The translations under genes and the position numbers were made by a program. Shown here piece after piece: positions 1 through 9,221 of a stretch of 64,000 nt of DNA. The DNA lies in the NCBI GenBank assembly GCA_023920165.1, contig CP089279.1, forward strand, positions 930,001 through 994,000. The letters are read 5' to 3'. Below the pieces are notes generated by a model that was given only the letters and a program-made list of their open reading frames with translations, was not told the DNA's origin and made no database searches. The first letter of the stretch is position 1. The number at the start of each line of letters is the position of its first letter. Source of the DNA: Curvularia clavata (lineage: Eukaryota).

Positions 1-652
1 TTCTAAACCTAGTAGGTATCATGCAACTGGTCATCTTCAGACCTCTACACTTATTTCCTTGCTTCAAGTTGTGTACCTTGTCATCATGATACGCACTTTA
101 GCTCACCCTTTTTATGGCCTTTCATCGTCCGATGTTCACATCTTTACCATACAACTGCACATCCGAATGGCGAAAGGGCTCGCAAAGTGGCTCAGACCAC
201 CAACCACAACAAATCACTCCAGTCCATTCCTTTCGCTTGTCAAGATCGCAATTATGCTAGGACAGACATTCGTTTGATGGCCACCAGCCAGGAAAATCCC
301 TGATATGCTATGCCTAATGCGAAAAAACTACTGATCTTTCTAGACCAAATGTTTGATAGTTGTATAGAATGATTGAGTTAGTAGAAAGACAAACGTGGTC
401 GAGAATGATTGTCTTAGAACTTTTGACATTCCACGTCTGATTTCAGCATTATCGGCGTACTGCACAGACCAATGCATGACAGCGGCTAAGTAATTGGCAC
501 TGCGGGTGAAATTGGAGGTGGAGCGAAACCAAAGTGCTGTGCATCAATGTGATCAAGATCTAGATTGCATTTCCACTCTCCGGAACTATTCACAAATACG
601 TAGGTAATACAGCCCAGATGGGGTACATTTCGACTACAGGGAAAGAAGATGC

Positions 653-1422
653 TTAGAGGACGGACAGATCGCCGAACTTCTCCTGCGGGGCTGTTAGTAC
701 TTGTGCATGGAGGACCATGAATGTTCCAAAGACATGCCTTGTAGCCTGGGACGGCCCAGCGACCCTTGGAGACGAGCTGCTCGGTGCGCTTGTCAATCTC
801 AGGCTGGGCAGCCGCAACCTCGTCCTGCGATATTCGTTAGCCTACACACTCGACCCCACTCATCCATAACCGTGTCTACGTACAACAGTGAGGTCAGCGA
901 ATGGCCTGGCCTCCTCGATGTTCTTGAGGGTCTTCTGGAGATCGCTCAACTCCTTGTCAACGACGGCCTTGGTCTGCTCTGCGCTCTGGACGGCCTGGGC
1001 CTCGAAAGCCTCAATGGCCTTGATCTGCCTTCCTACGTCGTATGTCTGGGGCTTGAATGCGTTGAACTGCTTCTCGATATCGTCGACGACAGCCTGGTTC
1101 TTGAGGACGCTGCGGTAGTAGGCAAAGTCGACGGTCTGAGACTGCTCGGAGAGAACGGCCAGCTTGCGGCGCGCATCGTCGTTGCGCTTCTTGAAGGCTT
1201 GGAGGGAGGCGGCGGTTTGTCCCTTAAGGCCAAGCTGCGTAGCGAGCTTGGTCCAGTCGAGCTTGAGGGCAGCGCTGCGCTGTAAGAGGGGATAAGTTAG
1301 TTTTCTTGATATTCAATTCGGGGCTGCCATTGCGGGCGGGGGTCCGCCGGCGGCGCAGCAATTGGGCGGACTAGAGCTTCGACGGGGTGTTTGAAGGGGA
1401 TCTGACGTACTCCGACGGCCAT
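653..1422 (-). CDS. ATP7: Mitochondrial ATP synthase subunit d; exons 1422-1411, 1279-884, 824-738, 682-653
   Basis: Spliced translation [43 protein letters not shown]...[49 protein letters not shown] matches fungal subunit d. The last intron has a GC donor. Confidence 0.93.
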
Positions 1423-1653
1423 TGTGATGGATTTAGACGGGAATGCGGTGGTTTCGGTTCGTGAGGGTGCAAGTCCAAGTTCTTCGCGAGAGCTCGGAAC
1501 AGCGCCGCCAAGCATCCGACGCTAGGACCACCGATCACTTCCGCCCTCCAGTCTATGGTGGCCCTCTTCCCCAACTTTGCCTCTCCCAAACACACCCGAC
1601 GCCGCCCTTCTGCTTTTTTCCCGAGAGTCTTCGCTTCAGCCTATCTTGCAACC

Positions 1654-2811
1654 ATGTGGATTATTGACTGGTGAGTGACCTGCTGTGTGACTTCATGTGT
1701 CTCTGCTGACCTTGCGCCAGGTGTAAGTACACTTGTTTCTCCCTCTCGTCACGAATGAAACCCGATCGAAGCCGAACATGTCTATGCAGCATAGGCAGCG
1801 GGGGGATTGTAGAAAACCTGCCTCAAGAGCCTGCCTCGCTATCACCTCTCGCCTCTGAGAGCCTTCAAAATTCCCGAGAAGATGCTCGGATCGACCTTAT
1901 CACATGCGAATAAATACCCCGTTCCTACACACAGAATATATGTTTCTCTATACACACATCACTTGTTGGGGTTTTGAATCAACAGAGGCTGACCTATCAT
2001 GACAGTTTGGGATGTTCTGTCCTCGCTTGGACTGATGAACAAGGTCAGCAAAAGCACCGAAGATATGATCGGATGAATTCTAACTTTACGTCTAGCATGC
2101 TAAGCTCCTTTTCCTCGGACTGTACGCACCCTTGCACACTTGCAAACCCAAATGCGCATGGCTAACTAGGTGGCAGTGACAATGCTGGAAAGACCACGTA
2201 TGGCAACCGAACCAGACACACGAGCGTCAACTGACGTATCTAGGCTTCTGCATATGCTTAAGAACGACAGGGTTGCTGTTCTGTAGGTGAACCACGGTCG
2301 ATCCCTTCACCATTGGCTAACATATGTGCTAGTCAGCCAACCCTGCACCCAACCTCTGAGGAGCTCTCGATAGGAAACGTCAAGTTCACAACCTTCGATC
2401 TTGGAGGCCACGCGCAAGCCCGACGATTGTGGCGCGACTACTGTATGTTTTGCATACTTTCCGATTCCTGTATACTGGATTGACTTTGCGATAGTCCCTG
2501 AAGTTTCCGGCATCGTTTTCCTTGTCGACGCCAAGGACCACGAGCGTCTCACCGAGTCGAAAGCTGAGCTCGATGCTCTCCTCGCCATGGAAGAGCTCAA
2601 GAACACTCCCTTCGTCATTCTTGGCAACAAGATTGACCACCCCGACGCCGTCTCCGAGGACCAACTTCGCTCCGCGCTCGGTCTCTACCAGACAACTGGC
2701 AAGGGCAAGGTGCCGCTTGAGGGCATCCGACCTGTTGAGGTCTTCATGTGCAGTGTCGTCATGAGGCAGGGATACGGAGAGGGTATCAGATGGTTGAGCC
2801 AGTACGTCTAG
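1654..2811 (+). CDS. SAR1: Small GTPase Sar1 (COPII); exons 1654-1670, 1721-1722, 2006-2043, 2096-2121, 2177-2197, 2244-2282, 2333-2442, 2495-2811
   Basis: Spliced protein [59 protein letters not shown]...TFDLGGH...GNKID...[13 protein letters not shown]. All introns are GT-AG with branch points. Confidence 0.97.
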
Positions 2812-3156
2812 GTGTACTACTAAGACCATTATTAGGGCAATGGAGGATGGAGGTTGACTGAATATGGGAACGAAAGCATGATGTTCACACGCGTGTCAGA
2901 TATACTCTTACGGGCGTTGGCGTTAGCTCTTGAAATAATATTACATTTTGCATACCACTTCCAGCGGCACACTGTCAACGGCTCACGACCGCACCGTCAA
3001 TTTGCTCTGGCCGACGCTCATTGCAAACACAGGAAGAAAAAATAACTTGCTCGTGCAAGCGCCCTAAACGCCACCCAATGCTCGTATATCCCACCAATTC
3101 GCTGGACATCTTCCACCGTCTTCGTCGTCCTTGTCCTCCATCCACTATGTCGCCAT

Positions 3157-4694
3157 CTAGTCATCGTACTCTGCATCCCTCACTCCGCAAAAGTCACTTC
3201 CAAAGCAATTATCCACCATGTACCACACGCGCCAGTACAAACTAGCGCCGTTGGCATCAAAAGTTCCGTCCTCTTTCCTCGGCACCTGATCACCGATGAT
3301 GCCCTGACCCGATCCAAACACCCATCCGATAATCGGCAACGAGCCAACCGTCTGCTGCCAGCGGGGTTTCGCGGGGAGAAAGGCCTTTTCTTGGGGCAGG
3401 AAAACGGCGGGTTTTACATTTGCGCCTTTGAGACGCAGCGTGGCGCGTTGGGAGCGAGGGTTCAGTGCAGTGGTTATGCTGCGTGCGGGAATGGTGCTTG
3501 GGTCGAGGGCTGGATGGAGTTCTCTTTGCTCGGGTTCTGCGAGCATGTCGTCGAGATGGGAAGGGAAGGAGCCGGCTGTGCTGCGCATGAACGGGTCAGG
3601 AACGGAGCGGAATCCATGTGATGCTGGTAGTGTAGGCTGGGAAGCGGTTGCTGTAGCAGACGAGGCGGTTGCTGAGGATTGCGATGTGCTGATGCCGCGG
3701 GCACCGACGGTAGCGGAAGATAACGTGTTCGGTGAGGCGGTTTGCGATATGCTTCCTGGTTCTGCTCGGATCGCTCGATCACCGCCTTGAGGACCGGTAC
3801 CCCTATACATTTCTGCGTATACGGTATAGCCTTGGATGTTTTTAGGACTATAGTGGCATGCGCGCTCTGCCGCTTCTGCGCTGTCGAATGTGACCTTGAT
3901 CCAGTGGTCGCCTCCAACATACTCGTTTATCTTTCTCAGTGCCGCCTTACTCAAGGATCGGTAATGCGATGCCCGTTGCGAAGTGAAGGTATATCCGTAT
4001 TTTGGGTTGAACGGCTCACGGTCGTATTCTTCGTAAATTATTCCGTTGGAAATCTTCTCGTAGTGCGCTATTGCTGCCCATTGTGTGTCGCTACCGTAAC
4101 CGTATAGAATGACTTCCTTGGGTTCTTGTGTGAAAGCTGAGTTTGACGATGGGCCTGCCGCGAAAGAGTTATTGAGGCCATTGCTGGCGTCTATGAGATT
4201 CGGTGCTGAGCCCGCTGGGGGTAGTGCGGCGATGGGACGCGATAATGAGCGCCTCTTATCCTCTTCTGCCTTGTAGCGACCAAAGATGTCATCGATTGTG
4301 CGTTGATTGTGGAGTTTCGCTTCGTCTGCGGCTTGGTTGGCGCCCAAGGGTGTCTTCGCTCGTGAGGTTCCGCGTTTTCGTGCTTTGCCAAAGGGACCTT
4401 TCTCTTCAGGCAGGCGTCTTTGGTTTTGATCTGAGCTATCAAGGTCTAGTGTCAGCCGCGTGCTCTGGATGACCGGAGTGTCCCATTCCAAGTCTTCCAT
4501 CATGAGAAAATCCAAAGATTCAGATGGTTAGAACGCCCAGATTTCTCTGCCGACGCGCTCGTCTGTTTAAAAAGATGCATCTTGGACAGATGCCGCAAAA
4601 CATTGACTTACTCCGCAAACTCATATGCCCACGGTAGCTTCCTCCCTGTCGAATCAAACGCGCGCTCAGAATCTGGCACAGCGTGGACCTGCAT
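3157..4694 (-). CDS. Nup53/Nup35-like RRM nucleoporin; exons 4694-4612, 4435-3157
   Basis: RRM-like segment EVILYGY...GGDHWIKVTFDSAEAAERA and an amphipathic C-terminal region. First exon MQVHAVPDSERAFD... joins in frame through a GTAAGT..CTGAC..TAG intron. Confidence 0.7.
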
Positions 4695-4994
4695 TTTCCC
4701 AGGCTATTCAATTTTTATCACTTGCTGCTCTTCCTGTCGAGGGCGCTGCGGGTGCGCGTAATGTGCTTGGTTGTGTCGGGTGCCTTTTGTTTATGCGACA
4801 TGAAGAACAGCGGAAGACGATCCACGCTAGCCAGGAACAACGCCGCGGCAAAGCCACACTTGTGCACGCACCAGGTGAGGCGCACCACCTCTGATCTTCA
4901 CCGGCCACTGACCTTTCCCGATCTATCCACATACAGTAGATGCATGCTGGTTATGCTGGTGCCTACAGGTGACGCGGCGCATACAAAAGGTCCA

Positions 4995-6170
4995 ATGGAC
5001 CTCACGCCCATTATTGTCCGCGGCAAGAAACGCAAATATCTACCCCCAGCAATTATTCAAGCCTCTTCCACATCTACTACCTCTCAACCGAAACGAACCT
5101 GGAAACCGAAAGCAAAAAGCAAACCCAGGATGGCCATGCCCGCAATGCCGACACTCGACGGCCTTCCAGTCGAGCTGCTGGAAATTATTTTCTTGCATAG
5201 CATGAATATGGCACTTCCACGGTGCTCCCATTCCTTGGGCAAAAAACTGTCCTCACGCACCATTACCATGGAATTTACAATGCGGTCTTTTTTTCACACA
5301 GTCGATCACCGCACTGTACATCGAGACCGCGAGGTGACCAGTGATGCGGCTCTGCAGTCGGATATCCTATCCTGTCGCTTCTTTACCTACGATTTTTTCT
5401 TAGCCTACGTCCGGCGTGCGCACGAGGCCATGATCCAATTACGCGGAAAGGCATGGGCATCCACTGGTGTTGTAATTCCTGATGTATCGTACTTTGATGG
5501 ACTGTGGCCATTTAAGTTTACCAAGATACCGTATCTAGGATTTGCACACGGCTTTGCTATTCCAGAGAAGCTTCTGCATGGGCCTTGGACAGAGGGTAAG
5601 GCATCATTACTCTATGTCCTAGTGAGCCTGACCGGTGAAATTGACTGGGAAGGTAGTACGGCAGGAGAGGTAGCGAAGACAGGTATCCGAGAAGCAATGA
5701 GAGAGGGCAACGAGCGTGCGGTTGCCGCTTTAGCGGTACTCTTAGGTGTGTCAAAGGGTATCACCACTGAAATGTTACAGTATGCCGTCATGGAATGTGG
5801 CTGTAACTTGAACATTGTTCGACACCTGCTGTTCAATGCGCAGATTCTCGCAGCAGAGACATCAAACAGCCTGAACTTTTTGGATCCGGCTCTCTGGGCA
5901 TGGGCAGGTGTCAATGGCACCAAGGGAGAGATGCTCAAAGACATGCTCAAGAGAGCAGACGTGTTTGAACTGGAATTCTACTTCGAGGATGACGCTGACT
6001 GGACTAAAATTGTATCGTTTCCGTACGGAGGAAGCAAATTTGATGCGAGGACAGCGTTTCAGCCTGTTGTCAGGGAACTGTTGATGAACCTCTATCGAAA
6101 CTATGGACGGAAGATAACGCGAAGGAGAGCACCGACACCAGAGCGAAACACATGGCCGGACGTAGTTTAG
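4995..6170 (+). CDS. Hypothetical protein with an F-box-like motif
   Basis: Long single-exon ORF. LDGLPVELLEIIF...LPRCSHSL resembles an F-box. Start taken at ATG 4995; upstream ATGs are possible. Confidence 0.6.
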   Translation: MDLTPIIVRGKKRKYLPPAIIQASSTSTTSQPKRTWKPKAKSKPRMAMPAMPTLDGLPVELLEIIFLHSMNMALPRCSHSLGKKLSSRTITMEFTMRSFFHTVDHRTVHRDREVTSDAALQSDILSCRFFTYDFFLAYVRRAHEAMIQLRGKAWASTGVVIPDVSYFDGLWPFKFTKIPYLGFAHGFAIPEKLLHGPWTEGKASLLYVLVSLTGEIDWEGSTAGEVAKTGIREAMREGNERAVAALAVLLGVSKGITTEMLQYAVMECGCNLNIVRHLLFNAQILAAETSNSLNFLDPALWAWAGVNGTKGEMLKDMLKRADVFELEFYFEDDADWTKIVSFPYGGSKFDARTAFQPVVRELLMNLYRNYGRKITRRRAPTPERNTWPDVV

Positions 6171-6508
6171 TTAATGGATGGATGGATTGTTATTATACAA
6201 CTAGCTAATTCGCAGATATGCTTGAAGAATCAATGGCCGCTTTCGGCGCCTACCTTTGCGTCCTACGATCATAAAACCCGCTGAATGAAACGGCGCACCA
6301 GGTGGTGCAGATAATGTGCGACGCTCTCTACAAAAGACGCAATACAAAAGCAGCGTCTCAGCTTAGCTGGTGAACATGTCATGCTGGCCCAGATGAACCC
6401 TTGGCTATAGAGAGTACTGAAATGTGAGGCTTTGTTGTCATTGCATCTGCAAGCTTGTTAGCTATTTGTGCCAGCACAAATATGTCAAGCAAATGCGTGG
6501 TGGAAGTC

Positions 6509-6584
6509 TTCCTCAGTGATCTTGGTGATAAAGTAGTAATCACAGAAATCATCTACTATCTATTGCATGTTGTAATCATTGGAA
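6509..6584 (-). ncRNA. Box C/D snoRNA, U24/snR24-type guide for the 25S rRNA Cm (yeast Cm1437 equivalent)
   Basis: Minus strand TTCC-aATGATT...TATCACCAAGATC-a-CTGA-GGAA: terminal stem TTCC/GGAA, C box, D box and a guide complementary to 25S GAUCUUGGUGGUA. The D+5 rule points to the C. The D box lies 65 nt upstream of the 3' splice site. Confidence 0.85.
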
Positions 6585-6770
6585 AGGGGGGGTGACGAAA
6601 GCAAAGCCGTACTGACCTTGGGTGAGTGTTACTGTTGGCTTCGGAGCCACAGGGCAAATAAGCAAGCAGTGGCCTATGCGTGGGTAGGTGTCTAAAAATC
6701 TTTTCAAAGTCAGCTTTGGCCCTCTAGCGTATCGAGACGTGGAAGAAAAGTGCGTGCGTGCGTGAAGCAA

Positions 6771-6872
6771 ACTCAGAATATGTAAGAAATTGAATATCAT
6801 AAGACCGCCGCCGTTAAGAGACCCCGGCGAGGGTCTCCGACGACGGACTCAATCGCAAATTATGTCATCCTT
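6771..6872 (-). ncRNA. Box C/D snoRNA, snR87/U16-type (18S Am436 equivalent) with a second 25S guide
   Basis: Minus strand gATGACA-TAATTTGCG-a-TTGA(D')-long GC hairpin-ATGATA(C')-...TTTCTTACATATT-CTGA(D). The D' guide pairs with 18S CGCAAAUUA and the D guide pairs with 25S AAUAUGUAAGAAG. Confidence 0.8.
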
Positions 6873-7330
6873 GGATGGGGAAGAGGGTTGTGGAGGATGG
6901 AGACGTACCAGTGGAGCGAGCTATAGAGCCAGTTGCAGCTGCAGTTAGTTTGCTGATGCATGTCCGTTGTCAGGAGAGAGCGCGCAGTCTGGTCCATCAT
7001 AGATGCATTGCTCAGGATGCGCAGTATAGACGCAACAAGTGCATTGCACTAGATTGCAGCTGGTCTGTTGTGTTGTTGTTGTTATTGTTGGCGCAGAGTC
7101 CAGTGATGAGGAAACAAGTCGCGGTCGCGGTTGCGTTTTTCTGCTTGTGCCAAGCCGGGCTTCGCTTGTGCACGGCCCCGGCGCCGCACTTGGATTTTCG
7201 ATTGTGTCGAACATTGCCTTTACTCCCGACAAGAACATCACCAACGACCTAATTTCCGACCAGTACGCCTTTCGACGCTGCACCACACACGCTTCATCAG
7301 TTAACATTCATTCGCAGCACAACCGACGAA

Positions 7331-7929
7331 ATGGGTGACGCCGAAATCACAACGAGCGCCTGGAGGCTGGTCGAGGTCGGCCGTGTGGTCCTCTTCAACG
7401 AGGGCCAGTACGAGGGTCGCCTGGCTGCCATTGTCGAGATCATTGACCACAAGCGTGTACGGAATCCCGGTGTTTCGGTTGCTGTTCAGCCGCTCACACA
7501 AGCATAGGTTCTCGTCGATGGTCCTTCCGAGAAGGCCCCCGTCCCCCGCCAGGAGGTCGCCCTTGCCAAACTCTCCCTCACACCCATCGTCATTCCCAAG
7601 CTTCCCCGCGCCAGCGGTGTCGGTCACGTTGCGAAGAAGTGGGAGGAGAACAAGGTCCAGCAAAAGTTCGACGAGAGCGCATGGGCAAAGAAGCGTGCGG
7701 CCATGCAGAAGAGGCGGGGACTCAACGACTTTGAGCGCTTCAAGGTCATGAAGATGAGGAAGCAGGTATGTTGTGTCCGGCGCCGTCCTGTTCACGAGCC
7801 ATGATTTGACTCTTGAATTTTGTCGCGTGCCGTCAATATTGTCTGGGAACGTCATAGCTAACGAGCACGCAGGCCCGCTTTGAGGTCCAGAAGACCTTCG
7901 CCAAGATCCGCGCCAGCGCAAAGGCATAG
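7331..7929 (+). CDS. RPL14: 60S ribosomal protein L14 (eL14); exons 7331-7456, 7508-7765, 7873-7929
   Basis: [48 protein letters not shown]...[22 protein letters not shown]; strong codon bias. Confidence 0.96.
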
Positions 7930-8428
7930 GCATTGTAAATGCTGTCGGGAGACAGGCGTTGTGGTGGTCGCTGCATGCAGGTGACGGAGAGGCATGTTGT
8001 GCATTTTCATGAGCATTCCGAAGGCCACCCTCAAAGGCATTCAAAAATTCAAGACCTGGCTTCGGGTGAATAAGTCCAATGTTTGGCATGGTGCAATTCG
8101 GTATGGGAAACGTTTACTCGGCTCTCGCATGCATTCTACATGTAGCCAGAGAGTCCAATCCACAATTTCATGAACACACAAAAGACTGCAACTAGAATTG
8201 CCAATTTGATACCCTCTTTGAACTGGCTTGTCTCGGTGAAAATGTGATTAATACGACGATGCTGTGATGGTAGCCATAATCGTCATATGCGAACTTTCGG
8301 GGGAGGAGGAGCTCGCGCTAAACCGCCCACAAATCATTTTTGGGGGGGAGCTGCGACCACTACCGGGCGAACGAACCTCGATCTCGCAGCACCACCCACA
8401 CGTCTCGTCACCCACACACACCGACAAA

Positions 8429-9221
8429 ATGGCCAACCCACGCATTGAAGAGATCCCCGACGAGCCGGAGAAGAAGAACGCCCAGATCGAGGAGGATGAC
8501 TCCAGCGACGAGTCTGAGGCTGAGGAGGGCGAGGTCAACGTCCCCGCGGGCTCCTCGGTCGCTGTCCACTCTCGCAATGAGAAGAAGGCTCGCAAGGCCA
8601 TTGCCAAGCTCGGACTGAAGCACATTGAGGGCATCACCCGCGTTACCCTGCGCCGACCGAAGAACGTGAGTGTCCATTGGACAATTGGTGGTGGTGTTGG
8701 TGGTTATGGCACCCTGCAGTCAACAAACACTAGAATGCGGGCAAAGCCAATGCTGTAGAATTGGAGCTAACAACCAGCTAGATCCTCTTCGTCATCAACC
8801 AGCCCGACGTGTACAAGTCTCCCTCAAGCAACACCTGGATGTTAGTTCACTGCCCCTCAATTGTCATCCCACCCACTAACCCCGCATCAGCATCTTCGGT
8901 GAGGCCAAGATTGAGGACTTGAACTCTCAGGCTCAAGCCTCCGCCGCCCAGCAGCTCGCTCAAGCCGAGGCTCAATCCCACGACCACGCTGGCCACGACC
9001 ACGGTGACGAGTCCGGCAAGGGCAAGGGCAAGGCCGTTGAGGACAAGAAGGAGGAAGAGGAGGAAGAGGACGATGACGAGGAGATCGACGACTCTGGCCT
9101 TGAGACCAAGGATATCGAGCTCGTCATGCAGCAGGCCAGCGTCTCCAGGAAGAAGGCCGTCAAGGCCCTCAAGGAGAACGACAACGATATCGTCAACTCC
9201 ATCATGGCGCTGAGCATATAG
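8429..9221 (+). CDS. EGD2: Nascent polypeptide-associated complex alpha subunit; exons 8429-8665, 8782-8840, 8891-9221
   Basis: NAC domain [46 protein letters not shown]...IFGEAKIED and C-terminal UBA domain [36 protein letters not shown]. Confidence 0.96.

Larger units (their letters stand above)
6448..7095 (-). ncRNA. Putative non-coding snoRNA host transcript (introns 6908-6692 and 6616-6448); ends approximate
   Basis: Donors GTACGT (6908) and GTCAGT (6616), branch points CTGAC/CTAAC and acceptors TAG (6692) and CAG (6448). Each intron contains a C/D snoRNA, and the spliced exons give only short ORFs of about 30 aa or less. Confidence 0.7.

Noticed and set aside
701..1285. 194-aa plus-strand ORF
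   Set aside because: Antisense shadow of the codon-biased ATP7. The same applies to 7301-8089 (RPL14), 28947-29909 (APP1) and 39728-40330 (mannanase).
4448..4503. ATGATG...CTGA inside the Nup53-like intron as a possible snoRNA
   Set aside because: The CTGA is the branch-point motif; there is no terminal stem or rRNA complementarity.
6969..7000. Third ATGATG...CTGA box pair in the snoRNA host exon (minus strand)
   Set aside because: Only about 32 nt long, with no recognisable guide and no upstream splice donor found.
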